NCBI GenBank assembly: GCA_050290185.1
Contig: JBNKHE010000004.1
Location: forward strand, 160,001 to 224,000
DNA from: Pontiella sp.
GTDB taxonomy: Bacteria; Verrucomicrobiota; Kiritimatiellia; Kiritimatiellales; Pontiellaceae
Reading direction: 5' to 3'
DNA length: 64,000 bases
Part shown: piece by piece, positions 48,027 to 58,205 of the stretch
Layout: every line of letters starts with the position of its first letter
How positions within the stretch are numbered: position 1 is the stretch's first letter
The notes under the pieces: model-generated
Database searches by the model: none
Seen by the model: the letters and a program-made list of their open reading frames with translations, nothing else
What the model was told of the DNA's origin: nothing
Translations under genes and position numbers: made by a program

Positions 48027-49580
48027 ATGGCGACAAAAAGCAAAAAAAAGCAGAAGAAGCCTCGCATCCTAATCGTCACCCCCGAAATCACCTACCTGCC
48101 GACCGGCATGGGCAACATGACCAACAAACTATCCGCCAAAGCCGGAGGGTTGGCGGATGTTTCAGCGTCTTTGGTTTCAGCGCTCTACGAACTGGGAGCG
48201 GATGTACACGTGGCCCTGCCCCACTACCGGAAAATGTTCCATGTCGACATCGGCGGATTCATCGACAACGAACTGCTGATCTACAAAAGCAAGCTGCCCG
48301 GCGACCGCATCCATCTGGCCGAGGACCGCATCTTCTACTATCAGGACCGCGTCTACAGCAACTCGGAAGACACCGACCTGAAGATCGCGCTCGCTTTCCA
48401 GCGCGAGGTGATCAACAACATTATTCCCACGGTCAAACCCGACCTGATCCACTGCAACGACTGGATGACCGGACTGATCCCCGGCGAAGCGCGTATGCTT
48501 GGCATCCCGAGCCTGTTCACCTTCCACAACATCCACACCGTCAAAACCACGCTTGCACATATTGAAGACCGGGGTATCGACGCGGCAGAATTCTGGAGCA
48601 ATCTCTTCTACAGCTGGCCACCGAACAACTATTTCGATGCACGGGAAAACAACCCCGTCGACTTCCTCTGCAGCGGGATTTTCAGCTCGCACTTCATCAA
48701 TACGGTCAGTCCCACCTTTATGAAGGAGATCGTGGATGACGCGCACAACTTTGTGCCCAAAAACATGCAATGGGAAATAGCGAGCAAGTACCATGCGGGC
48801 TGTGCGTCCGGCATACTGAATTCGCCGGATGCCTCCAGCGACCCCGAAACAGATGAATATCTCATTGCGCGCTATGGCGTAGTCGACCACTACGAAGCCA
48901 AGCGCAAGAACAAGGTTTACATGCAGGAACGGCTGGGGCTTGAAATCAACCCCGACGCACCCATGCTCTTCTGGCCCTCCCGTCTCGATCCGGTCCAGAA
49001 GGGGTGCCAACTCGTTGCGGAAATCCTTCACAAGGTGATCGAAAAATACCGCAGCCGGGGATTGCAGGTGGTCTTTGTAGCGAACGGAGCCTATCAGCAG
49101 GTCTTCCATGACATCGCCTACACCTACAACCTGTACGATCGCGTTGCGGTTTGCAACTTCGAGGAAGGGCTCTCGCATATCGGTTTTGCGGCATCGGATT
49201 TCCTGCTTATGCCCTCGCTCTTCGAACCGTGCGGCCTGCCCCAGATGACCAGTGTCATCTACGGATGCCTTCCGATCGTGCGCGACACGGGCGGATTGCA
49301 CGACTCGGTCAGCCACCTGGATGTCCCGAATAATTCGGGCAACGGCTTCCTTTTTGAAACCTACGATGCCGGCGGCCTCGAATGGGCCATCGACCAGGCC
49401 ATGGAATTCTACAACCTTGATGTCCACACCCGTGGAACGCAACTCGGACGCGTGATGGCCGAAAGCAAGGAGCGCTTCAACCACAAGGTGACGGCGCAGG
49501 CCTACATCGATATCTATGAGCAAATGCTGCAACGCCCGCTCGTCGATGAAGTGTTCGATAAATCCACGAAGGAATCCTAA
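48027..49580 (+). CDS. glgA: Glycogen synthase (GT5)
   Basis: KAGGLADV, IHCNDW, TFHN, NTVSP, QKG, MPSLFEPCGLPQM, TGGLHD. Confidence 0.93.
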   Translation: MATKSKKKQKKPRILIVTPEITYLPTGMGNMTNKLSAKAGGLADVSASLVSALYELGADVHVALPHYRKMFHVDIGGFIDNELLIYKSKLPGDRIHLAEDRIFYYQDRVYSNSEDTDLKIALAFQREVINNIIPTVKPDLIHCNDWMTGLIPGEARMLGIPSLFTFHNIHTVKTTLAHIEDRGIDAAEFWSNLFYSWPPNNYFDARENNPVDFLCSGIFSSHFINTVSPTFMKEIVDDAHNFVPKNMQWEIASKYHAGCASGILNSPDASSDPETDEYLIARYGVVDHYEAKRKNKVYMQERLGLEINPDAPMLFWPSRLDPVQKGCQLVAEILHKVIEKYRSRGLQVVFVANGAYQQVFHDIAYTYNLYDRVAVCNFEEGLSHIGFAASDFLLMPSLFEPCGLPQMTSVIYGCLPIVRDTGGLHDSVSHLDVPNNSGNGFLFETYDAGGLEWAIDQAMEFYNLDVHTRGTQLGRVMAESKERFNHKVTAQAYIDIYEQMLQRPLVDEVFDKSTKES

Positions 49581-51589
49581 TGAGAGACCCCAACCTCGCC
49601 AAACTTGCCGATGATCCATGGCTGGATCCCTATCGCGATCAAATCAAACATCGTGCCGACCACATCCGCTACATGGAAGACCGCCTGACGGGCGGGAAAA
49701 TCAGCCTGGATGAGTTTGCCAACGCGCACGAGTATTTCGGAATGCACTTCCGTGACGGGAACTGGATTTTTCGCGAATGGGCGCCAAACGCTACGGCTAT
49801 CTATCTGGTGGGCGATTTTTCAAACTGGGAACAGCTCGATAAATTCGCCCTGCACTACGGAGATGAACCAGGGGTTTGGGAAATCGAACTGCCTGCAAAG
49901 GCCCTGAAACACGGCGACCTTTACAAACTGAAAATGTATTGGCCCGGCGGCGAGGGCGAACGCATCCCCGCCTATACACGGCGCGCGGTACAGGATCCCG
50001 AATCGCATGTGTTCTGCGCACAGATCTGGAATCCGGAAAAGGCATACGAGTGGAAGTTCCCGAATCCGGCACAACCCATCGAGGCACCGCTGGTTTACGA
50101 ATCCCATATCGGCATGGCCCAGGAGGAAGCCAAGGTCGGCTCCTATCTGGAATACAAGGAAACCATTCTGCCGCGCATTGTGGAAATGGGTTACAACACC
50201 GTGCAGTTCATGGGTATCATGGAGCATCCCTACTACGGTTCGTTCGGCTACCATGTATCCAATTTTTTCGCGGCTTCATCGCGTTTCGGCACTCCTGAGG
50301 AGCTGAAGGAACTGATCGATGCCTGCCACGAAGCCGGCCTCGCGGTCATTATGGATCTGATCCACTCACACGCGGTCAAGAACGAGCAGGAAGGCCTCTC
50401 CCGGTTCGATGGCACCATGTACCAGTATTTCCATGACGGCGACCGCGGCGACCACGACGCATGGGATTCCCGTTGCTTTGATTACGGCAAGACGGAAGTC
50501 CTGCACTTCCTGCTCTCCAACGCGCGTTATTGGCTCGATGAATACAAGTTCGACGGCTACCGCTTCGACGGCGTCACCAGCATGCTCTATCACCACCGGG
50601 GGCTGGGAACGGGATTCGGCAGCTATGACAGCTATTTCGACGGATCGGTGGATGTGGATGCCCTCGCCTATCTGGCCCTGTCGAACAAACTGATTCATAC
50701 GGTCCGGCCGGATGCCATTACCATCGCTGAAGATGTTTCCGGCATGCCCGGTCTGAGTTCCGATCAGAAGGAAGGCGGCTGCGGGTTCGACTACCGGCTG
50801 GCCATGGGTGCGCCCGATTGCTGGTTCAAACTATCCAACGATGTTCCGGACGAAGAATGGAACATGCACTGGCTCTACCACGAGCTGACCAGCCACCGTC
50901 CCGACGAACAGGTCATCAGCTATGTTGAATCGCATGACCAGGCGCTGGTGGGCGGAAAAACCTTCATTTTTGAATTAATCGACAAGGAAATGTACTTCAA
51001 CATGCATGTCGAAGCGCAGAACCTGCAGGTAGATCGCGGCATTGCGTTGCACAAAATGGCGCGTCTGGCCACGCTGGGCGCGGCAGCTCACGGATATCTT
51101 AATTTCATGGGAAATGAGTTCGGGCATCCGGAATGGATCGACTTTCCGCGCGAGGGCAACAACTGGTCCTATCATTATGCCCACCGCCAATGGAGCCTGC
51201 GGGACGATCCGGGACTTAAATTCCACTTCCTCGCCGATTTTGACCGGGCCATGGTTAACCTGATCCGTGAAAAGAACGTTATTGGACACATCCCGGTGAC
51301 CTTCCGTCTGATTCACGACGGCGATAAAATGATGGCATTTGAACGCGATGGATTGCTCTTCGCACTCAACTTCAATCCCAGCCAATCGTTTACAGACTAT
51401 GCCATTGACGTTACTCCAGGAACCTACCGCCTTGCCCTGAATACCGACGACCCCGCATTTGGTGGATTTGATCTGGTTGACCCGGATCAGACTTACCAGA
51501 GCTTTGAGTTCAATGACGGAGCCAATACCCGCCATCAAATCATGGTCTACATTCCGGCGCGAACGGGATTTGTGCTCGAACGGGTTTAG
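49580..51589 (+). CDS. glgB: 1,4-alpha-glucan branching enzyme (GH13_8-like)
   Basis: DPWL, FREWAPNA, YGSFGYHVSNFFA, RFDGVTSMLY, AEDVSGMP, ESHDQALVG, FMGNEFGHPEWIDFPR. Confidence 0.95.
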   Translation: MRDPNLAKLADDPWLDPYRDQIKHRADHIRYMEDRLTGGKISLDEFANAHEYFGMHFRDGNWIFREWAPNATAIYLVGDFSNWEQLDKFALHYGDEPGVWEIELPAKALKHGDLYKLKMYWPGGEGERIPAYTRRAVQDPESHVFCAQIWNPEKAYEWKFPNPAQPIEAPLVYESHIGMAQEEAKVGSYLEYKETILPRIVEMGYNTVQFMGIMEHPYYGSFGYHVSNFFAASSRFGTPEELKELIDACHEAGLAVIMDLIHSHAVKNEQEGLSRFDGTMYQYFHDGDRGDHDAWDSRCFDYGKTEVLHFLLSNARYWLDEYKFDGYRFDGVTSMLYHHRGLGTGFGSYDSYFDGSVDVDALAYLALSNKLIHTVRPDAITIAEDVSGMPGLSSDQKEGGCGFDYRLAMGAPDCWFKLSNDVPDEEWNMHWLYHELTSHRPDEQVISYVESHDQALVGGKTFIFELIDKEMYFNMHVEAQNLQVDRGIALHKMARLATLGAAAHGYLNFMGNEFGHPEWIDFPREGNNWSYHYAHRQWSLRDDPGLKFHFLADFDRAMVNLIREKNVIGHIPVTFRLIHDGDKMMAFERDGLLFALNFNPSQSFTDYAIDVTPGTYRLALNTDDPAFGGFDLVDPDQTYQSFEFNDGANTRHQIMVYIPARTGFVLERV

Positions 51590-51724
51590 ACGGATCGCGG
51601 ACCGGGAAAAACGGAGAGCAAAGGAACTTCTGCAGGGCAGCGTTCCGCAGCGTCGCATTTCATGGAATCATGTGACTTGCGCAACCTTGGATTCATCCGA
51701 TAACGCGATTAAAAACCCCCATAA

Positions 51725-51741
51725 AGGGCACGGTTTATGCT
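51725..51741 (+). promoter_or_regulatory. Putative sigma54 (-24/-12) promoter
   Basis: GGGCACG-GTTT-ATGCT: GG at 51727-28 and GC at 51739-40, 42 nt before the ATG. Confidence 0.55.
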
Positions 51742-51782
51742 ACCTGAGATTGCAACGATGAAATTGTAATCAAGGATAGGCA

Positions 51783-53444
51783 ATGGATACCGCAAACACG
51801 CAGCAAAATCAGCCCTTCAATGCTATCGAAGATCCCGTTCTCGTCCGTGCGCTCAATGAGCTCGGACGCTCTATCAATTTGGTGACCACCTATGGCAAAA
51901 GCCATCCAGCCGCAAAAAAGTCAATTTCGGGAACCGTAGAGGCCATGGAGGAGCTCTTTTCCGACCGGGAAAAGATAAGCATCGGCGCATTCAATGGCGT
52001 CATGACCATCGATGAAAAAACGGTCAATGCTGTCGGCACCCTTCAGAAATCGCTCGAACGTCGTTTGGTTCGTCTCCGTATCACAGGGCTTAAAATCACT
52101 CGCGGTACTTCACAGGAGGAACTGGTCCAATTAACGGAACTGCTCGCCGCGACGGATGCCGATAAGTTTGAACAAAACCTCAGCAGCAGCGGAATGTCCC
52201 ATATTTTATCAGAACATACGCAATACGAAGCGGTCCGCGACGGCCAAACCGTTGCCAATGAAAGCGACCTGGCCGGGATGGGCGGAGACGGAGTCCTTGT
52301 TCTGGAAGACGAGGCCGATGACACCACTGATGCCAACGACGGGGCGTCAGCCAGCATTCATGTTGAACAAATCGTGGCATTCCTCAAAGGCGACATTGAT
52401 GCAGAAACCGGAGATGTCGGGGACGAGTTGCAACAACTGGCCTCCGACCCGAATAAACTGGGCCGGATGATCATGGAAAGCGTGGCGATTCGCCAGTCCA
52501 TGTCGGAACTGGCCGGCGAATCGCTGAACGATGTCATTCTCGGGTGTCTGCGCCGCACCTATGACGGACTCCACAAACAACCAGCCTTCCAGTCCACGAA
52601 AGGCAAAGCCGATCTGAAAAAAGCCCTTCTTCTTCTGGAAGAAAGCATTCTGGAGAAAATGCGAGGATTGACAGGCGATGACAATCCCGAACTGGATCGG
52701 CAAATTGTCCAGGCCATCCGCGAAATGGATGAAAACCTGAGCTTTGAAATGGCTGCAGCCCAGTACATGGAACAACGCGAAGCGATTGAACAAAGCAAGG
52801 AACAGCTCCAGCACTTTATTCAGGTCCAGGGATCCGATACCGCGGAAAACCTGTTGCATGGATTGGGGTTCCCGGGCAGCGATTGGCGCAAGATTGTCGT
52901 CGACAGCGGAAAAGCGGCCCGAAAAGCGGAAGGATCGCTGTCCGAGGGACTCAGTACTTTAACCACCGTATTCGAAAAACTCGAACAGTTGATGAAGTCG
53001 GAAACGGCCAGCGGAACGCAAGTCAAGGATCTGCTCGGCCAAGCCAACGACAACCTCGGCGACACCCTGGATAACACCAAGGAAAAGCTGGCCGCCCTCT
53101 CATCCACCATTGGCGGGCAGGCTCACACGATGTCGCGGCCGGAACTACTGGCCTCGCTGGCTGAAGTCGCGCAGGAGCTGATGCAACCTCTCACGGCAAT
53201 AAACGCTTCTTTGGAAATGATGCTGCACGGCTATGTGGGCGGAATTTCCGAAGAACAGGAGGATTTGCTGACGCTGGCGTCCAACAGCGGAGAACACCTC
53301 AAGTTTCTGATGGATATGCTGATCGATATCGTCGGATGCCCTGTGAACAAAGGGATCGATGACCGGTTTCATACCACCAGCGAACAGGTCCAGCTGATGA
53401 AGGACGCGGAAGGCCAGGAACACCTTCCGCTGCACTATCAATAA
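51783..53444 (+). CDS. Acidic helical protein with a C-terminal degenerate HisKA (DHp) domain
   Basis: LAEVAQELMQPLTAINASLEMMLHGYVGGISEEQEDLL..SGEHLKFLMDML resembles HisKA; no HATPase follows. Confidence 0.75.
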   Translation: MDTANTQQNQPFNAIEDPVLVRALNELGRSINLVTTYGKSHPAAKKSISGTVEAMEELFSDREKISIGAFNGVMTIDEKTVNAVGTLQKSLERRLVRLRITGLKITRGTSQEELVQLTELLAATDADKFEQNLSSSGMSHILSEHTQYEAVRDGQTVANESDLAGMGGDGVLVLEDEADDTTDANDGASASIHVEQIVAFLKGDIDAETGDVGDELQQLASDPNKLGRMIMESVAIRQSMSELAGESLNDVILGCLRRTYDGLHKQPAFQSTKGKADLKKALLLLEESILEKMRGLTGDDNPELDRQIVQAIREMDENLSFEMAAAQYMEQREAIEQSKEQLQHFIQVQGSDTAENLLHGLGFPGSDWRKIVVDSGKAARKAEGSLSEGLSTLTTVFEKLEQLMKSETASGTQVKDLLGQANDNLGDTLDNTKEKLAALSSTIGGQAHTMSRPELLASLAEVAQELMQPLTAINASLEMMLHGYVGGISEEQEDLLTLASNSGEHLKFLMDMLIDIVGCPVNKGIDDRFHTTSEQVQLMKDAEGQEHLPLHYQ

Positions 53445-53450
53445 ACCGGG

Positions 53451-53957
53451 TTATGTAATTTCATTCCCGCGGCTCATGACCACCTTGCCGGTACGGACCA
53501 GCTCGATAACCTTGAATTTGGCAATCATCTCCTCAAGAGCATCGATCTTGTCCGGATTCCCGACCACCTGAAGAATCATCGAATCGGGAGTCAGGTCCAC
53601 GGTCTTGCAGCCATAATGCTCAGCAATCTGGAGCGCCTCGGACCGACCTTCGCTATCGACCTCAATCTTGACCAGCCCCATCTCCTTAATGACCGATTCA
53701 TCGAAGGTATGGTCGATGCAGTGCAAGACATCGATCAGCTTCAACAGTTGCTTGATGATCTGGTCCAGCCCTTCGGGATCACCGCTGCAACTGATGGTCA
53801 TCCTTGAAAAATTCCCGTCGACCGCGGGCGAAACCACAAGCGATTCAATATTGAAACCGCGCCGCGAAAATACCTGTGCAATACGCGCAAGGACACCCGG
53901 CTTATTCGCAACATATACGCTCAACGTGTGCATGGATTTATTTGTATTCAACATCAT
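53451..53957 (-). CDS. ilvN: Acetolactate synthase small subunit
   Basis: NKPGVLARI..FSRRGFNIESL, ELVRTG. Confidence 0.95.
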   Translation of the reverse strand: MMLNTNKSMHTLSVYVANKPGVLARIAQVFSRRGFNIESLVVSPAVDGNFSRMTISCSGDPEGLDQIIKQLLKLIDVLHCIDHTFDESVIKEMGLVKIEVDSEGRSEALQIAEHYGCKTVDLTPDSMILQVVGNPDKIDALEEMIAKFKVIELVRTGKVVMSRGNEIT

Positions 53958-54009
53958 TAGACTCCGTTATGGATATTGCCATTACATCTGGAACTCAGTC
54001 TGGCACGGC

Positions 54010-55731
54010 CTAGGTTGATCCAGTCGGCTTGTCCAGCTTCCGGTTCGGCGGTTCAATGAGCATGTCCTCGATCGCCGCACCCGCCGGGATCATCGGGAAT
54101 ACATTGTCGGTCTTCTCAACTTCGCAGTTGATCAGACACGGCCCCTCGTTGTAGTCCAGCGCCGTCTGCAAAACACGTTTGACGTCCCCCGGGCGGCGCA
54201 GGTTGAAACCCTTGATCCCAAACGACTCGGCCAGCTTCACAAAATCCGGATTTCCTTCCAGATCCACCCCGCTCTTGCGGTCTTCATAGAACAGTTCCTG
54301 CCATTGCCGGACCATGCCGAGGTAATGATTATTGAGAACCACGATCTTGATCGGAAGCTTGTACAGCGCCACCGTGGCCAGCTCGAAGAAGGTCATCTGG
54401 AAGCCGCCGTCGCCGACGAAGCAGATGTGGAGATCCTTGGGGCGACCGAATGCCGCGCCGATGCAAGCCGGCAGGCCGAAGCCCATGGTACCCGCCCCGC
54501 CCGAGCTGAGCCAGTTGTAGCGGCTGTCGTTCTTGTAGAACTGCGCCGCCCACATCTGATGCTGACCCACATCGGTGGCCACACAGGCCTTCCCTTCGGA
54601 AAGCTTGTAGAACTCGTCGATAATGTGCTGCATCTTCAGGCTGCCCTGGCGCTTGAACTTGAGCGGATACTTGGTTTTGTAGCCGTCCAGATGCTTGCGC
54701 CATTCCTTGGTTTCGAGAATCGGAACATGCTTGATCAGTTCTTCGAGCGCAATGCGGGCGTCAGCCACGCAGGCAATCTGCGGTTGGATCATCTTCCCTA
54801 TTTCAGCAGCATCGATGTCGATGTGGATAATGGTAGCATCCTTGCAGAACTGGTCCGGCTTCCCGAGAATACGGTCATCGAACCGTGATCCAATGTTCAG
54901 CAGCAGGTCGCACTCGCAGATCGCCTTGTTTGCATAGGCTGTGCCGTGCATGCCCAGCATACCCAGCGCAAGATCATGCGTTTCGGGGAAAACCCCTTTG
55001 CCGAGCAACGTCGTGGTAACCGGAATCCGCGCCTTTTCCGCAAACGCCTTCAGCACATCATCGGCCCCCGAGATCATGGCACCGTGACCGGCCAGAATCA
55101 GCGGACGTTGCGATTTCGCCAATGCTTCGGCAATCTCGAGAACGACATCCTTGTCGACCGATGTATTCAGCGTGTACCCGGGCAGATCCATCTCTGCATG
55201 CAAATCGGCGGTACATGGACCGGCGCTGATATCCTTGGGAATATCGATTAAAACGGGTCCCGGGCGGCCGGTCGTGGAAATATGGAAAGCCTCGCGAACA
55301 ACTCGGGGAATGTCGTTGCTGGACTTAATCAGATACGAATGCTTAATGATCGGCATGGTGATGCCGAAGATATCCGCCTCCTGAAAAGCGTCCTTGCCGA
55401 GCATCCAGGAAACCGATTGCCCGGTCAGGACAATCATAGGAACCGAATCCATGTGAGCCGTCATAATGCCGGTAATCGTGTTCGTTGCTCCCGGTCCGCT
55501 GGTCACCAGCACAACCGCGGGCTTACCCGTCGCACGCGCATAACCGTCGGCCATATGGGCCGCCCCCTGCTCATGCCGGGTTAGAATAAATTTTATTTTC
55601 GTATCCGTGGTGATAAGCGCATCGAAAATAGGAATCGCTGCTCCACCAGAATAACCGAAGATGTATTCAACACCCTCGTTTTCCAGACACTTGATGATCG
55701 CCTGCCCGCCTTCCAGCACTGTATTGGCCAT
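54010..55731 (-). CDS. ilvB: Acetolactate synthase large subunit
   Basis: RHEQGA, TSGPGATN, GMLGMHG, RFDDR, DVGQHQMW, GDGGFQM, LGMVRQWQ. Confidence 0.96.
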   Translation of the reverse strand: MANTVLEGGQAIIKCLENEGVEYIFGYSGGAAIPIFDALITTDTKIKFILTRHEQGAAHMADGYARATGKPAVVLVTSGPGATNTITGIMTAHMDSVPMIVLTGQSVSWMLGKDAFQEADIFGITMPIIKHSYLIKSSNDIPRVVREAFHISTTGRPGPVLIDIPKDISAGPCTADLHAEMDLPGYTLNTSVDKDVVLEIAEALAKSQRPLILAGHGAMISGADDVLKAFAEKARIPVTTTLLGKGVFPETHDLALGMLGMHGTAYANKAICECDLLLNIGSRFDDRILGKPDQFCKDATIIHIDIDAAEIGKMIQPQIACVADARIALEELIKHVPILETKEWRKHLDGYKTKYPLKFKRQGSLKMQHIIDEFYKLSEGKACVATDVGQHQMWAAQFYKNDSRYNWLSSGGAGTMGFGLPACIGAAFGRPKDLHICFVGDGGFQMTFFELATVALYKLPIKIVVLNNHYLGMVRQWQELFYEDRKSGVDLEGNPDFVKLAESFGIKGFNLRRPGDVKRVLQTALDYNEGPCLINCEVEKTDNVFPMIPAGAAIEDMLIEPPNRKLDKPTGST

Positions 55732-55755
55732 AATTTACCTCCAAATATTAGGAGC

Positions 55756-55784
55756 AACCTATATTTACCCGCTATAACTGTCAA
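55756..55784 (-). promoter_or_regulatory. Putative sigma70 promoter of ilvBN
   Basis: TTGACA-N17-TAGGTT. Confidence 0.55.
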
Positions 55785-55940
55785 ATATTAACCAGATAAA
55801 AACAAACGACCGATTTTTAGCTCGTCACATTGTCAGTTTTTACAGCAAAGACAGCCAATCAATCGATTACACGGAGTAATGCGCAAATCAAGAGGCGATT
55901 CACACCAAACAAAAACCGCCCTCACGGATAAAATACAAGA

Positions 55941-57110
55941 TCAATCCACCCGAAGGCTATTATTTGACGATATTGGAGTGGGATACTTCCAAACAACCCA
56001 ATACGTAGACGCAACAAAGCTCAACATAACCACAGTTTGTATCAAATATGATGCATCGACCGAAATATTACCCGATTTTTCAGCGGTATAGGCTACAAGC
56101 AGAGAAAACTCACTGGCCTGAGCGAGTCGAATCCCCAATTCCCTGGAAATCCCCGCTTCCTCCCGGATGGACTTAAAAGCCATGCGAAACAGCAGCGGCT
56201 TGGCTAAAATGATGGCGGCGGTCAAAACTACTCCAGGCAGAAACAGATTCTTGGTAACGAATAGGTCGAACCGGGCACCGATGGAAAAGAAAAACAGGAT
56301 AAGAAAGAATTCACGAATGGGCTTCAGGCTTTCGGCAATAATGAGCGCGACCGGGAACGCCGCCATGGCGACTCCGGCGATAAAGGCCCCCATTTCATAG
56401 GACAGGCCAATCAGATGCGCAACCTCTGCCGAGAACAGGCACCACCCCAATGACACGAGGAAGAAATATTCCTTGATCACATCGAATCGCCGAAAGAGCG
56501 GTATGATGACGAATTTGACCACAGCAAAGGAAACCAGGCCAAGGCCCGCCAGCTTCAACATAACCAGCACGGCACCCAGCAGACCGCTTTGCCCACCCTT
56601 CCCTCCCCCAAGAAACAGGATCAGCAGGATGGCCAGAATATCCTGGAACAATAATACACTGATCATCATTTCGCCGGTATGCTTTTGGTGCAAGGTGGTG
56701 GTGGGTGTCAGCTTAAGGCTGACGATCGTACTGGAAAACATCATCGCAGCCCCGACCACCACGCTATCCATCCACCCAAATCCGAAGCCGATGGTGACAG
56801 CAAATCCAAGAACCATGAAGGCCGCACTGGTGCCCATGGTGACCACGGAGGTCTTCCGGAACAGCTGCAGTAACTTTTCAGGATGCAGGTTCAGTCCCAG
56901 CAGAAACAGGAGCAGGATAATCCCGACATGGGAAAGGTGTTCGATATGTTCCGCCGATCCCAGCACCTTCAGCCCCAGCGGACCAATGAGGGCCCCCCAT
57001 GCAATATAGGCGAGAATGATCGGTTGCCGCAGATAGAGAAACAGCGTCCCCAGCAAGGCCGCACCGGAGAAAATGACCGCCAGCTCAAGAACTATGTTAT
57101 CCAACCTCAA
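55941..57110 (-). CDS. Cation:proton antiporter (CPA2/Kef-type membrane domain only)
   Basis: QPIILAYI, SSTIVSLK, LLFQD, GAFIAG, LAQASEFS. Confidence 0.9.
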   Translation of the reverse strand: MRLDNIVLELAVIFSGAALLGTLFLYLRQPIILAYIAWGALIGPLGLKVLGSAEHIEHLSHVGIILLLFLLGLNLHPEKLLQLFRKTSVVTMGTSAAFMVLGFAVTIGFGFGWMDSVVVGAAMMFSSTIVSLKLTPTTTLHQKHTGEMMISVLLFQDILAILLILFLGGGKGGQSGLLGAVLVMLKLAGLGLVSFAVVKFVIIPLFRRFDVIKEYFFLVSLGWCLFSAEVAHLIGLSYEMGAFIAGVAMAAFPVALIIAESLKPIREFFLILFFFSIGARFDLFVTKNLFLPGVVLTAAIILAKPLLFRMAFKSIREEAGISRELGIRLAQASEFSLLVAYTAEKSGNISVDASYLIQTVVMLSFVASTYWVVWKYPTPISSNNSLRVD

Positions 57111-58140
57111 TGATGTTCTCCCGCTTATGCTTTACCAGTTGCCCGCAGGCCGCCGCGATATCCGATCCGAGAGAATAGCGCAACGTGGTATCGAAGCCCG
57201 CAGCTTTCAAATGGTCGGCAAACCGCACCCGTTCCGATTGCGGGGTTCCCCGCAGGTTGCTTCCTGCATATTCATTAAACGGAATAATATTAATGTGCAC
57301 GGGGATGCCGCTTAGATAGGTTTCCAGCGCAAGCAGATCTTCTTCGCTGTCATTGACGCCGGCCAGCATCAGGTATTCGATCATGACCTTTCCATTACGG
57401 GATGCGTTAAGCAGCGTTTCCCGCATTTCATCCAGCGGATATTTTCTGGCCTGGGGCATCAGGCGCTGCCGGACCTCTTGCCGCGCGCTGTGCAGGCTGA
57501 GCGCCAGCTGAACATCCGGAAACCGCTCGGTAAAGTGGTCCATGGCATCAGGAATGCCCACCGTGGAAACGGTGATGCGGGAACCGGACAGGTTGAAAAA
57601 CGGTGCGGCCTTCAGGAATTCCACCGATTCAAATACGTGTTCCAGGTTCAGCAGCGGTTCTCCCATGCCCATGAACACCACATTTCGGATCGAACGCCCC
57701 TCCACCTTAACCATGCGGTTGGCCTGGGTAACCTGATCCAGAATCTCCGCCGTGGTCAGGTTGCGCGTAAACCCCATCTTCCCGGTAGCACAAAAACTGC
57801 AGTAGCAAGCGCACCCCACCTGCGAGGAGATGCAGATCGACGTCCGCCCCGTCCTGGGCCGCAGTACAACACTTTCAATCAGGTTGCCATCCCCTGTCTG
57901 AAAGATCAGCTTGCTGGCTCCGTCCGTGGCCGAATCATGGCGCTCCAGCAGCGTGAGCGTTTCAAACTGAATATGGTCGCGGAACACATCTCGGGCTTCA
58001 AGGGGAAGAACGGCCAACGCCTCGTCCCAGCCCTGTGCATTCTTGAACAACGCATTCCGGAAAAGCCTCATGCCATGCGGTTGCACCGCGTTGCGGCTTC
58101 GCAGCAGCTCAAGTTCATCTATGTCGTAGATCGTGGGCAT
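57097..58140 (-). CDS. rlmN: 23S rRNA/tRNA m2A radical-SAM methyltransferase RlmN
   Basis: CISSQVGCACYCSFC, FMGMGEP, SLH, EY, DIAAACGQL. Confidence 0.93.
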   Translation of the reverse strand: MPTIYDIDELELLRSRNAVQPHGMRLFRNALFKNAQGWDEALAVLPLEARDVFRDHIQFETLTLLERHDSATDGASKLIFQTGDGNLIESVVLRPRTGRTSICISSQVGCACYCSFCATGKMGFTRNLTTAEILDQVTQANRMVKVEGRSIRNVVFMGMGEPLLNLEHVFESVEFLKAAPFFNLSGSRITVSTVGIPDAMDHFTERFPDVQLALSLHSARQEVRQRLMPQARKYPLDEMRETLLNASRNGKVMIEYLMLAGVNDSEEDLLALETYLSGIPVHINIIPFNEYAGSNLRGTPQSERVRFADHLKAAGFDTTLRYSLGSDIAAACGQLVKHKRENIIEVG

Positions 58141-58159
58141 GTCTGCTCCCTATATAAGG

Positions 58160-58187
58160 AAAAAGGCCGGCTTGGCCGACCTTTTTT
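58160..58187 (-). terminator. Intrinsic terminator (possibly bidirectional)
   Basis: Minus strand AAAAAA-GGTCGGC-CAA-GCCGGCC-TTTTT. Confidence 0.7.
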
Positions 58188-58205
58188 CGACAGAAAGCAC
58201 ACGGC

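Noticed and set aside
48177..49619. 480-aa minus-strand ORF (similar cases: 14315-15715, 31299-32486, 43723-45000, 62439-63410)
   Set aside because: In-register antisense frames of well-supported genes, as expected from GC-rich codon bias
55732..55940. Branched-chain amino acid attenuator upstream of ilvB
   Set aside because: The promoter-like sequence lies ~25 nt from the ATG; no Ile/Leu/Val-rich leader peptide or terminator seen
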